Made by a program: the position numbers and the translations under genes. From IMG/VR virus record IMGVR_UViG_3300045988_176686: 64,000 nucleotides of DNA. One strand, written 5' to 3'. Origin of the DNA: a virus. Each line of letters opens with the position of its first letter. The first letter of the stretch is position 1. The notes beneath the pieces were generated by a model. That model was not told the DNA's origin, ran no database searches, and was given only the letters and a program-made list of their open reading frames with translations. Positions 24,688 through 33,655 of this stretch are shown piece by piece.

Positions 24688-25320
24688 TTAATTTAGAGTT
24701 CGCATATTGAGCTGTTGGGATAACTCCTCATACTTTTGTTGCAAGTCGTTATATTGCTCCTTAGCTTCGTCGCGTTCTTCGCGGACTACATTTAATTCTT
24801 TGCGTTGGAGGTCATGTTGGTTGAATAACGCTTCATAAAGTTTTTGTCCATGGTCGTATTGCTTTTTACAGAAATCACGATCGCGTTCCAACTCCTCCAA
24901 CTTGTCAAGAGCTTCGGTCAAGTCGCTCACTGTGTGGTAGGAATTAATTCGCTTTACTAAGCGGTTGTAATCGTCCATAAGGTGTTTTACCCGTCCAACA
25001 AGTTCGTTGTTCTCTTGCTTTAGGTCGCCCATCATGGTAGCAAGAGCAATAAAACGTTTGCTTGCAGCTTCGGCATTTGTGCCGTAAAAATCTGCGAGTT
25101 TGCTATCCATATATTGGCGTTGCTCTTCGGTGGCAGGTTCGTAATGATCGGCAGTTAATTTACTACTATCTGGATTGAGAAAAACATGGAAGCACTTCGC
25201 CATGTCAGTGTAAGCCGAACGCAGAATAAGACCATCGGGTGTTACCTCGGCTACCTTATTGATCATGCCGTCTTCGGTGCGAACAATTACGTCGCCTGTT
25301 TTAATGTCTTCGATTTTCAT
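24688..25320 (-). CDS. hypothetical coiled-coil protein
   Basis: 210 aa. The C-terminal half has heptad-like Glu/Lys/Leu/Gln composition. Confidence 0.65.
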   Translation of the reverse strand: MKIEDIKTGDVIVRTEDGMINKVAEVTPDGLILRSAYTDMAKCFHVFLNPDSSKLTADHYEPATEEQRQYMDSKLADFYGTNAEAASKRFIALATMMGDLKQENNELVGRVKHLMDDYNRLVKRINSYHTVSDLTEALDKLEELERDRDFCKKQYDHGQKLYEALFNQHDLQRKELNVVREERDEAKEQYNDLQQKYEELSQQLNMRTLN

Positions 25321-25333
25321 TGTGAGTTATTTT

Positions 25334-25594
25334 TTAAAATTTAGTGTTTACGGTGGTGCCTTGCACTTTCTGCAAATCGGCAACGCGGGGAAGTCCTCTA
25401 TCCAACTTCCGCTTCAGCCACACCTTGCGGTTGTAGCCATCCTCAATGTACACCACTTCCCATCCATGCTTTCCCTCTGCATTGAGTTTAGGCATAGGGT
25501 CTTCGTCGTTATAGATGATGATAGATTTATATTCGAATGTGTGCATTTGTGGGTCTATTTCTATTATGTGAGGATAGTTGCTTTTTTGTTTCAT
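25334..25594 (-). CDS. hypothetical protein
   Basis: 86-aa ORF, tightly packed with its neighbours. Confidence 0.55.
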   Translation of the reverse strand: MKQKSNYPHIIEIDPQMHTFEYKSIIIYNDEDPMPKLNAEGKHGWEVVYIEDGYNRKVWLKRKLDRGLPRVADLQKVQGTTVNTKF

Positions 25595-25966
25595 TTAAGA
25601 ATGTTGCAAATCTAAGTAAGCTTGATATTCGGCATCGGCTTCTAAACTCATACAAGTAAAAACACGTCCTAAGATATAATGATTGATGGGGGTGGATAGT
25701 GGCGGAACGGGTGTGCGCTCTTTATGCCAGCTAATGGGAGTGTCATTTTCTCCGTCTTTGTCGTTACCATATTTTAGAAGGTGTATCAACTGCTTCTGCA
25801 TGTAGTACGAAATTTCGTGGAAGGGTTCTTGTGTGGTATAACCATTCACCACATATCCACCTGCACAAAGTTGATAGCTCGCTCCATCCAGTTTGTGCTT
25901 ATACAAGCGAATGCCTGCTTTTGCGCATAATGAGCGAAGTGTTTTTTTTGTTTGATATTTGCCCAT
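25595..25966 (-). CDS. hypothetical protein
   Basis: 123-aa ORF whose stop abuts the next gene's start. Confidence 0.6.
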   Translation of the reverse strand: MGKYQTKKTLRSLCAKAGIRLYKHKLDGASYQLCAGGYVVNGYTTQEPFHEISYYMQKQLIHLLKYGNDKDGENDTPISWHKERTPVPPLSTPINHYILGRVFTCMSLEADAEYQAYLDLQHS

Positions 25967-25968
25967 AT

Positions 25969-26142
25969 TTATTCAAATTCATACACCACATAGGGTGTAG
26001 TGTTGCCTAATCCGTCCTCTTGGCAGGTGTGTGCACCACCCGTGGCTTGGGTTATGGCGTTGCTCACATCTGTCTTTTCGGGTCGCGACACAACTTTGCC
26101 GTCGCGGTCGCGGATCCAGCCAATGTATGTGCGTTTAGTCAT
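25969..26142 (-). CDS. small hypothetical protein (57 aa)
   Basis: The ATG at 26142 gives MTKRTYIGWIRDRDGKVVSRPEKTDVSNAITQATGGAHTCQEDGLGNTTPYVVYEFE. It fills the gap between annotated ORFs, and its start overlaps the stop of the upstream small ORF. Confidence 0.4.
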   Translation of the reverse strand: MTKRTYIGWIRDRDGKVVSRPEKTDVSNAITQATGGAHTCQEDGLGNTTPYVVYEFE

Positions 26143-26284
26143 AAGTGAGAAGTTTCATTGTGTGTTGCCCATGCTCATCATACAAACCTGCCCAAGCCTC
26201 GTAGCGTGAGGAGAGTGCGCTGGAAAAACCGTTCAAACGAGGAAATAGCTGAGCATCTGCATTGAAAGGTTGTTGGTTAATCAT
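26135..26284 (-). CDS. small hypothetical protein (49 aa)
   Basis: The ATG at 26284 overlaps the stop of 26277..26555 and gives MINQQPFNADAQLFPRLNGFSSALSSRYEAWAGLYDEHGQHTMKLLTYD. Confidence 0.35.
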   Translation of the reverse strand: MINQQPFNADAQLFPRLNGFSSALSSRYEAWAGLYDEHGQHTMKLLTYD

Positions 26285-26555
26285 ATTCTTTATAATCGCG
26301 TCCGTATTTAGCATAATAATATTTGCGATTGTTTAGCCAATATCTATGCCAAACATTGCGTTCATATTCTTCTACGCTCATGCCTTGCTTGTAAATACCA
26401 CTATAAAGTTTGTAGCATTCTGATGTGCGATAACCAAACGAAACAGAAGAAACAGACTTACGCGATATTGTAAAATCGTTTTCAGTAGTAATACTCGTAA
26501 TATGGGCGCACCCCTTTGCTATACTCCGTATCTTTCGCAATAGTTTACATTTCAT
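26277..26555 (-). CDS. hypothetical protein
   Basis: 92-aa basic, Tyr-rich ORF. Confidence 0.55.
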   Translation of the reverse strand: MKCKLLRKIRSIAKGCAHITSITTENDFTISRKSVSSVSFGYRTSECYKLYSGIYKQGMSVEEYERNVWHRYWLNNRKYYYAKYGRDYKEYD

Positions 26556-26651
26556 AAGCTACATTCTTTTTAATCATATTCAATCATCACCGCTGTAGCA
26601 TCAAACCCATCATTACCCGTAGTAAAAATGGTCAGTAACTGGGTCACTCAC

Positions 26652-26888
26652 TTAAAACTTGCTCCAATCACGTTGGTCTTTGGATGGGAAAAGCATACAT
26701 TCAGTATCGGAATAATCGCAGAAAAGCATACCATCTCTTGTAAAAAAAGCATAAAATCCATTTTTTGTTATACAAGTAATAGGATACTCTTCATTATAAT
26801 CAACTTTTGTCAGTTCCACTTCGCCATAAACAGGACTATAAAGCTTTGTCCACTTTGGGCACTTTCTCAATATTTCTGCAATATTCAT
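26652..26888 (-). CDS. hypothetical protein (paralog of the N-terminal part of 21137..21932)
   Basis: 78 aa. See the alignment under 21137..21932. Confidence 0.6.
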   Translation of the reverse strand: MNIAEILRKCPKWTKLYSPVYGEVELTKVDYNEEYPITCITKNGFYAFFTRDGMLFCDYSDTECMLFPSKDQRDWSKF

Positions 26889-27484
26889 TGTTTCTTGTTT
26901 TTATTGTAAGACCTTAGCCATTTATGTTTTCTAATCCAATTCATAAGCCACCGCTTTTGCTTTTCGGTAGCAGGATAGCAACTTGTTATGAATCCGTAAT
27001 GACAAGTGTACGGTTCATCTTGTAGTCGTCCACGAGCATTGTCAGCATAGGCTTCATAATAAACTTCTCCTTCTGCACCAATGTGATGAATTAAGACGAG
27101 AGAGTCGTCTGACGCATGAACAATGTCTCCACGATTTACCATGTTGGCTTCAAGCTTAAAACAAAACTGCCTACGAAGAAAATAATCTTGCTTGATATAT
27201 GCTTCCATTTCCTCTTTAGTGTGCTCGCCTTCCCAAAGGAAATCAGTGTGACAACCACTGCGTGCATCATCAACCGACCAAGGAACTGCATACACAGACC
27301 ACTCAGAACCGAATAATTTTGCTTGGCTATAAGTGCCATATTTTCTTATCCAAATAAGCATAGCACCATCGAAACGCGCCCAATCGTCACTTTTCACATC
27401 TGGCAAATCTGAATTGATAGGAAGAGCATAATGCCCAGCACAACCATTCGTTCCGAAATAGAACATTCGTTGTTTCTTTTCCAT
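26885..27484 (-). CDS. hypothetical protein (C-terminal domain paralogous to 19646..20263)
   Basis: 199-aa ORF. It overlaps the next gene by 4 nt (ATGA). Confidence 0.65.
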   Translation of the reverse strand: MEKKQRMFYFGTNGCAGHYALPINSDLPDVKSDDWARFDGAMLIWIRKYGTYSQAKLFGSEWSVYAVPWSVDDARSGCHTDFLWEGEHTKEEMEAYIKQDYFLRRQFCFKLEANMVNRGDIVHASDDSLVLIHHIGAEGEVYYEAYADNARGRLQDEPYTCHYGFITSCYPATEKQKRWLMNWIRKHKWLRSYNKNKKQ

Positions 27485-27500
27485 ATTGTTTTTAGCTATG

Positions 27501-28274
27501 TTACGCTTTTACTTTAATTCCGTAATATTGAAAGAACAAATCTTCAAATTGTTTTGCTGCATATAGTGCTGCTTTCCGACTGTTAAAGCGAAGTGGGAAA
27601 CCGCCATCCGTGAAAATTAACCCAGAACGAGTACACACCCCCGCACAGCGTACACCCGAAACACCCGTATCAGGCGCAACAACACAAGAGATGATGGGCC
27701 TAATACCCAGACTCTGCTTTTCCTCCTCACTCAGGCACGCAATATCTTCCTTGGTGTAGAACATCCAATATGGGGGTATGAGTTCTTCGTAGCTCTTTGT
27801 AGTACCTATCAAACGCTGGGTAACTTTTGAGATGGGGAGAAATTGCTTCCAAAAGTGTGTGTCTCCTCCCTCACTGAAAAATACCACTTTATCAACTACA
27901 TTCCTTCCAGCACATACCAAAACGCCCCATATATCATCATCATCATCTCTCACCAAACACGGTTGCCACTTGTCCGGCTCAAAGTTGGAGTAGTCCTCGT
28001 AGTAGGTTGGAATTTCGATGTGGAGGTTATATATGTCTCGATCCTCTCTAAATATTTCTTTGCCATCGGTGTTAAAACACAGTACAACTTCGTAATCGCC
28101 ATGTTCAACAAGAACTGCAAGGTCTTTTTTGCCTACGAGATATTTAAAATCGAAGCAAACAATTCTTGCCTTTAGCCCGTTCCTCGTTACAATTTGTCCT
28201 TCCACTTCCTTGTTGGTTATCTTCTTTGCCAACGCAAGGTTGAAGGGGATTCTCTTAAAACTTGTTTGTGCCAT
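27501..28274 (-). CDS. hypothetical protein (paralog of 22134..22670 with a C-terminal extension)
   Basis: 257-aa ORF. The shared motifs are listed under 22134..22670. Confidence 0.7.
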   Translation of the reverse strand: MAQTSFKRIPFNLALAKKITNKEVEGQIVTRNGLKARIVCFDFKYLVGKKDLAVLVEHGDYEVVLCFNTDGKEIFREDRDIYNLHIEIPTYYEDYSNFEPDKWQPCLVRDDDDDIWGVLVCAGRNVVDKVVFFSEGGDTHFWKQFLPISKVTQRLIGTTKSYEELIPPYWMFYTKEDIACLSEEEKQSLGIRPIISCVVAPDTGVSGVRCAGVCTRSGLIFTDGGFPLRFNSRKAALYAAKQFEDLFFQYYGIKVKA

Positions 28275-28293
28275 TGTCTTATCTGTTTAAGCA

Positions 28294-28719
28294 TTAGGAT
28301 TGTTCTTCTTCGTTATCGTCATCAGAAGCTGTATCACTGCTTTTTGTGAGAAATTCTGCCAAATCGGCATCTTTCTTTTCGACGGCTTGTTTAAAGTAGT
28401 TCATAAACATCTCGTTCTTTGTAAATTCTGAAAGGTCTTTGTCGTCCTTCAACTTTTGATAAGTGGGTTCGCTCTGCATGAGTCTGTCGATGTGCCCAGC
28501 TACCTTTTTAATGGCTAAAGCAAACTGCGGACTGTCGAGCGTTAGAATGCCAAACATCACAATCAGGTCTAACAGCGAACAATTACACATGGCTTGAATA
28601 CCACTTCCGTTGGCTGCTATAAGAAGGTGGCGATGCTTCGCTTCGTTGGCATTTTCCCATTTTTTTAAGTTTTTGAGGACGGCTTCCATCAATTCGTCTT
28701 TTTCTTTTTTTGTTTCCAT
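28294..28719 (-). CDS. hypothetical protein
   Basis: 141-aa ORF with an acidic C-terminus (SDTASDDDNEEEQS). Confidence 0.6.
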   Translation of the reverse strand: METKKEKDELMEAVLKNLKKWENANEAKHRHLLIAANGSGIQAMCNCSLLDLIVMFGILTLDSPQFALAIKKVAGHIDRLMQSEPTYQKLKDDKDLSEFTKNEMFMNYFKQAVEKKDADLAEFLTKSSDTASDDDNEEEQS

Positions 28720-28767
28720 TTTTTGTTGTTATTGTTAGTTGTATATCATTAAGTGTAAATCTTTTGC

Positions 28768-29238
28768 TTATTCTGACTGAAAATACTCTCTGTATTGTTC
28801 CCATCCTGGTTCGTTGATATTGCCAACAACCTCGAATTTCTTCATTTTCTGTCGCGAGACATCATCAAGAATGCCGTCCGAAATACCATTCACATCTGAT
28901 TTCGGGTTCTTTGCCGTTGCTATAGCGAAGCATGCTCCCTCCTCGCAATAATACACTACGGCATAGTAGTTATCGCGCTTGTTGTCTTTGAGGCAACTGT
29001 ACGGATATTCGTCCGAGCGCAACACGTCACCCTCATAAATTTCATTGCCGTTCTTGTCAAAAAAGCCAGTGAACTGACAGATGGTATCAGGATCTACGCT
29101 GAAATAATTGAACACTTTGTCGTGGTCGTGTTCAAAAATTCGTTCCGTTCCATCGGGAGATGTAAGAAGCGAGCCACATGCAATTTTTCCATCAAATTTA
29201 GGGTCAATGCACTGGCCTTTGAATTTAATTGCTCTCAT
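28768..29238 (-). CDS. YopX-family phage protein
   Basis: From the ATG at 29238 the protein begins MRAIKFKG. It contains CQFTGFFDKNGNEIYEGDVL and ends VVGNINEPGWEQ, matching the YopX pattern (KFR..., TGlkDknGkeIyeGDi, GNi.enpel). Confidence 0.7.
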   Translation of the reverse strand: MRAIKFKGQCIDPKFDGKIACGSLLTSPDGTERIFEHDHDKVFNYFSVDPDTICQFTGFFDKNGNEIYEGDVLRSDEYPYSCLKDNKRDNYYAVVYYCEEGACFAIATAKNPKSDVNGISDGILDDVSRQKMKKFEVVGNINEPGWEQYREYFQSE

Positions 29239-29267
29239 TGTTTTGTTTCTTTTAAAAGATTGTGGAA

Positions 29268-30011
29268 TCATTCATCTATTTCGTCTACTCCATAAGCAAT
29301 CGGGAGTTCGCGAATAGTTTCTGAGCCGTAGCTATCCTTTGTAAGACGAACGAACTCGCGGACGGTGGTGCTATCATCAAGGTTGATGCCCTTATCCTTG
29401 CAGAAACTCTCTCTGCCCATTCGGCATGAGCCAGTGAGAACGTGATGATAAGTGAAAAGGTCTCGATTGGAATAGGGCGTGTCGTAATTGGGGAACTTTT
29501 TGAGGAATGCTTCTATTCGCTCTTCTTCGGTGCTGCCGTCGTAGAGTTTTTCTTGCAGGGCAGCGAAGGCATCGTGCAAAGTTTCGCCATGCGCAAACTT
29601 ATTCTGTTCCTTGACAATGTAGCAAGGATGCAAGGTAAGGTCGCTGTGTAGCATAAAACCTTGTGCAATGTTGTCGTGAACTGATGTGATAATCGTTGGA
29701 ATGTAATCTACGGAATAAACCTTGTTTCCATTCAGTTCCTTTATGTAACAGCCTGTGATAGAGCCATATCCACAACCCTCGCCATATTCAGATCCGTAAC
29801 CAGCGCCATAACCATCGCCTTCGCCATCGCCATAGGAGTCGCAATTACCAGAGACACCGCCACAACAAACACTGTTGCCACGAGAAACGGCAGAGCCACA
29901 TCCAGAACCAAAGCCTTCGCCATAACCAAATCCACCACCAGAGCCACGACCAAAACCATCGCCATAGGTTTTGCTCAGAAATGCTTTGATGCGAATATCT
30001 AAAGTTTCCAT
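29268..30011 (-). CDS. hypothetical protein with an N-terminal Gly/Tyr/Cys-rich repeat region
   Basis: 247 aa. Residues from about 15 to 85 are GxGxG/GYG repeats (GDGFGRGSGGGFGYGEGFGSGCGS...GDGYGAGYGSEYGEGCGYGS), followed by a globular domain. Confidence 0.65.
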   Translation of the reverse strand: METLDIRIKAFLSKTYGDGFGRGSGGGFGYGEGFGSGCGSAVSRGNSVCCGGVSGNCDSYGDGEGDGYGAGYGSEYGEGCGYGSITGCYIKELNGNKVYSVDYIPTIITSVHDNIAQGFMLHSDLTLHPCYIVKEQNKFAHGETLHDAFAALQEKLYDGSTEEERIEAFLKKFPNYDTPYSNRDLFTYHHVLTGSCRMGRESFCKDKGINLDDSTTVREFVRLTKDSYGSETIRELPIAYGVDEIDE

Positions 30012-30295
30012 TCCTCCACTCCTTCTATTGATTTGATTGCTTTGTCAGTACATGGAATGATTTCTATTGCATCAAGAATGGTAATGCTTTTTACCCTGAC
30101 GGTAAACTTGCATTCGTCAGGTTTCGACGTGCCATCTGTGGCGAGCTGAGAGAGGGTCGCTGCTCCAGACCAAGACCAAATGCGACGTGCGTTATAAAGC
30201 GTAACTTCACTGCCGTTGTGTTCTGCAAGTGTTCCAAACTCTACTCCGCTGCGGTCGCCACGGATAATTACTTTTTTTCCAATGTTTAAATCCAT
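29999..30295 (-). CDS. hypothetical protein
   Basis: 98-aa ORF. Confidence 0.55.
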   Translation of the reverse strand: MDLNIGKKVIIRGDRSGVEFGTLAEHNGSEVTLYNARRIWSWSGAATLSQLATDGTSKPDECKFTVRVKSITILDAIEIIPCTDKAIKSIEGVEEWKL

Positions 30296-30402
30296 AATTC
30301 TAACTACTTTAGTATGTTAGGGTTGATAACTGTTTTTTTTATTGATTATGGAATAGCGTTGCGCTGCTATGAGAGCAACACTATGAATGTTAAGTGCAAA
30401 TG

Positions 30403-31716
30403 TTAGTCGTGATTAGACTTGCGTTCCATGTTCTCTTTGAACAAATCTGCAAAGCCGTACCAAAAATAATTCATCCACTTGGGCGACTGCTTGAACTGCT
30501 CGTACATTATCTTTACTGATAGCATCTTCAAATGCTTCTCGCAATCTGTTATACTCTTGTGCCATCCGTCCCATTTCTTCATTTCTATCTGAAGCACTGT
30601 CTTTAGGAACATTGCAGCCTCGTGAGTAGGTGGAAGGTCGAACTGAAGGAAAAGTGCGGTGTCGGTATCATTGGCTTGCAAAAACTTTCGCACGGCATCA
30701 TCTTTCAGAAAATAGCGTTCTGACACTTCCTCGTCTAACACATCCTCCAATCGCATCTGCAAGGGAAAGGCTTCGGGAAACTGATAGTCGAAAGCTACAT
30801 CTTTGCGCATGGATAGGCAGAACACGCGGTCGCGGTTTTGCGGCACACCATAGTCCTTGGCATTGAGACGTGCCCAGCGGTTAACGTAGCCCAGACTTTC
30901 GAGTTTGGCGAGCCACAGCTTAAAATCGGGCATGAACTTTTCGCTTACCAAAGCTGCCACATTCTCTTGAAGCAGATATTTGGGTTTTAACACCGCCACG
31001 GCATCGGCTACGTGCCAAAGCAAGGCGGAACGTGTGTCACTACCCTCTTTCAGTCCCATTTGCTTTCCGGCTTGGCTGATGTCTTGGCATGGGGAAGAGT
31101 AAGTAAACAAGTCTACTTCGCGACCTTGCAGCGACTGCTTTACCTTGTGCCAATCTATTTTCGTAATGTCGCCTAACGCACGGACGGCATATTGCGGAAA
31201 AACGATGTTGTGCATTTGACAAGCATATTTGTCGATGTCGCTCCAACCCATGCACGTCCACCGAAAGTTGGGATGATCCTCGCGTAAAGCATCGGCTGCC
31301 ATGAGTTGGGAATCGTACCCACTAAAGGTGGTAATGATTACTTTTTCGCCTTCGTTTGTATCGACAGGCATAGAAGGCAAAGCGTCTTCAGGAAAGAAAG
31401 CATCGAACATGGATAGCTGCGCTTGTGGTTTGGGCGGTTTGGGGTACCACAGTTGGGAGTAGACGTGTTTTAAAACGTCAACACAAATACTATTTCCAGC
31501 TTGCTTGTATTGCTGACTCACCGACACCGCCATGTCGGTGGGTTTGCCTTTGCCCTCAGTGCCAGGCATGCGCTCTGCTGCTTGGGCATTGGTGATTTGC
31601 ATCACGTTAATCACGTCCTGACGCACACCCATCAAACGGAAGCATTCGGGGGGGGTAAGTTTTCGGATGGCATAACTCTTAATGGTGTGGTCGGTGAAGT
31701 TGAGTTTCGTTATCAT
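30403..31716 (-). CDS. C5-cytosine DNA methyltransferase, circularly permuted motif order
   Basis: Motif IX (RKLTPPECFRLMG) and motif X (QAGNSICVDVL) lie in the first 90 aa. They are followed by motif I (TTFSGYDSQ), motif IV (SSPCQDIS), motif VI (LLQENV) and motif VIII (QNRDRVF). Confidence 0.85.
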   Translation of the reverse strand: MITKLNFTDHTIKSYAIRKLTPPECFRLMGVRQDVINVMQITNAQAAERMPGTEGKGKPTDMAVSVSQQYKQAGNSICVDVLKHVYSQLWYPKPPKPQAQLSMFDAFFPEDALPSMPVDTNEGEKVIITTFSGYDSQLMAADALREDHPNFRWTCMGWSDIDKYACQMHNIVFPQYAVRALGDITKIDWHKVKQSLQGREVDLFTYSSPCQDISQAGKQMGLKEGSDTRSALLWHVADAVAVLKPKYLLQENVAALVSEKFMPDFKLWLAKLESLGYVNRWARLNAKDYGVPQNRDRVFCLSMRKDVAFDYQFPEAFPLQMRLEDVLDEEVSERYFLKDDAVRKFLQANDTDTALFLQFDLPPTHEAAMFLKTVLQIEMKKWDGWHKSITDCEKHLKMLSVKIMYEQFKQSPKWMNYFWYGFADLFKENMERKSNHD

Positions 31717-32060
31717 TGGTTCTTGGGGGTTGAGGGTTTCGGCTTATCGGCAATCATGCTAAATCGGCAACCTTTTAACCACGATTTAAGATTGATGTTG
31801 CCTTTAATTTCGCCATACTTGATGTTGGCGTCGCGCCATTCGACATACTCATCATAGGTGAGGTTGGCTTGAAGAACGAGTACCATTTCTTCGGGGGTGA
31901 GGAAGTCGGTATCTTCAAAATCGCACAAACCGCCAATTTCGTTGGCTACCCAATAGGGGTCGCGTAGGCTCTCGAACAACTGCACGTTCACAGCATTTGC
32001 AAGAGCATTGCATGCAGCGTAGAACTGCTGAATAAGTCGGGCGTTTTTAGATGGGTTCAT
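31713..32060 (-). CDS. hypothetical protein
   Basis: 115-aa ORF. Its stop overlaps the methyltransferase start (ATGA). Confidence 0.6.
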   Translation of the reverse strand: MNPSKNARLIQQFYAACNALANAVNVQLFESLRDPYWVANEIGGLCDFEDTDFLTPEEMVLVLQANLTYDEYVEWRDANIKYGEIKGNINLKSWLKGCRFSMIADKPKPSTPKNQ

Positions 32061-32073
32061 AAGAGTTGTAGGG

Positions 32074-32319
32074 TTAAATGAAACGTGCGCCAGGGGTTTC
32101 CATATCGTCCATGGTTTTTACCTTGTGCCACTTTTTGCGCTTCACAGGTTTAAACACCTGCGCAATAGAAAGGAACGCATGGCAAGCAAGGGCAAAGGGA
32201 CTCACGGTGCCTTTATAATGAATGGACGACGGCTCGCGGCATCCGTTACTGATGCAGTTGTAAAAAACACAACGCCCGCAAGTTGGGGGGGGGTATAAAT
32301 TTTCATATTTCACTTTCAA
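32074..32319 (-). CDS. small Cys-rich protein containing a C9 coding homopolymer
   Basis: 81 aa, MKVKYENLYPPPTCGRCVFYNCISNGC.... The PPP codons are the G9 run at 32285-32293 on the plus strand. Confidence 0.5.
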   Translation of the reverse strand: MKVKYENLYPPPTCGRCVFYNCISNGCREPSSIHYKGTVSPFALACHAFLSIAQVFKPVKRKKWHKVKTMDDMETPGARFI

Positions 32320-32545
32320 TTCTCATTGTGATATGGACTATAGACGTTTCGAGACTTTTAAACGCACGGTCTAACTCTGCAAAGAACCATTCGCCTAACA
32401 TGCGTTTTATGCTTTCTTTGTCGTTGGGGCCTGACCCTACAACGGCTGCTTCTTTAGTGAGTATGTTTGTATCTCCGAGTACGATGCCATTGTCAATTTC
32501 CTCGGCAGTCCATTCTACTTCAACAATTTCGTTTGAATCTTCCAT
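32303..32545 (-). CDS. hypothetical acidic protein
   Basis: 80-aa ORF. Confidence 0.5.
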   Translation of the reverse strand: MEDSNEIVEVEWTAEEIDNGIVLGDTNILTKEAAVVGSGPNDKESIKRMLGEWFFAELDRAFKSLETSIVHITMRIESEI

Positions 32546-32549
32546 AATG

Positions 32550-33269
32550 CTATGCGTTTGTTTGTTGTTCGGTGTTTTCAGTTTCCTCGCCAGCTACCAC
32601 GTATAAACCATGTCGGTGTGCGGTTGCCTCCATTTGCGGTGAACGGTCGGTTTCGCTGTCGTAGCATACCCATTCGGTGTGGTCGGGGTCGGCAAAGTAG
32701 TTTTTCTTCCTAATCATTTCCGACTTCTGAGCACGTGCTGCATGAGATAGTGTGTTTACCGTTAAGCGTAATTTTGTAAGACGAGGCAAACCATATTCCA
32801 AGCGCAAACGGTCGCGACGTATCAAATCCTTACGCTTCTCAGCACGATCTTTAATCATGCGCTTGTACTTTCGCGGATGTTTCTGCTTAAATACTGCTAA
32901 AGGGGAAAAACCCTCGGCACGAATGCGCTTGGTAGCTTCGATGGCTGCTTCGCTCGGACGACGACCGCGCAATGACGCGTAATAGCCGCTTTCAGTGTTA
33001 GTTTTCTTAGCTGCCTTTGCCTGTTTGCGCCTAATTACATCCATGTCTTTTTGTAAACAATAGGTACGTGCAAAACGAGTAATGGTGCCATAGCATACAC
33101 CAAAGATTTTCATGAGTTCGGGGTTGGTGTGCGTAGGATAGAGTTCAAAAAACTTCTCCTTTATCTCACCATCGAGATAGTACATTAGGACGTTTGCCGT
33201 GGGATGTGGCTTTTGAGGAATGGGATATTTAGGCTTTACGTCGGAGAATTTGTTGGGTACTCCACTCAT
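32550..33269 (-). CDS. hypothetical basic protein (possibly DNA-binding)
   Basis: 239 aa, strongly Arg/Lys-rich in the middle. The segment NPELMKIFGVCYGTITRFARTY is HTH-like. Confidence 0.6.
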   Translation of the reverse strand: MSGVPNKFSDVKPKYPIPQKPHPTANVLMYYLDGEIKEKFFELYPTHTNPELMKIFGVCYGTITRFARTYCLQKDMDVIRRKQAKAAKKTNTESGYYASLRGRRPSEAAIEATKRIRAEGFSPLAVFKQKHPRKYKRMIKDRAEKRKDLIRRDRLRLEYGLPRLTKLRLTVNTLSHAARAQKSEMIRKKNYFADPDHTEWVCYDSETDRSPQMEATAHRHGLYVVAGEETENTEQQTNA

Positions 33270-33298
33270 GATAGTATTCTTGGTGATGATTAAAATGT

Positions 33299-33625
33299 TT
33301 ATTTTCTGGAAGTAATGTTTTTGTCGTAGGTAAACTTCAGACCCATAGAACGTAGGGCTTCTTCGTTATACGACTGTTGCGCCCCGAAAATATTGCCATC
33401 GGCAAAGCCTTCGGCACGACCTTCCTTTTGACCAATTTCGCGTCCTTGTGTGAGTCCGCAGTTGTAGCCTTCGGCAAAACCATTATCGCGTCCTTTGGCA
33501 TAGGAAGCTTCCTTTTCGGTTTGAAGCATACCAGTTTTATCTTTGTAGCCACAATGATACGCGATTATGCCAATGGCGATGTTGACTACAAGAACAATGA
33601 GTGCAAATAATATAAGGTTGCTCAT
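33299..33625 (-). CDS. membrane-anchored hypothetical protein
   Basis: 108 aa with an N-terminal TM helix (LILFALIVLVVNIAIGIIAY), followed by GxxEG repeats. Confidence 0.55.
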   Translation of the reverse strand: MSNLILFALIVLVVNIAIGIIAYHCGYKDKTGMLQTEKEASYAKGRDNGFAEGYNCGLTQGREIGQKEGRAEGFADGNIFGAQQSYNEEALRSMGLKFTYDKNITSRK

Positions 33626-33655
33626 AACGTATCTTAGGTTTGAATGTGGATAATG

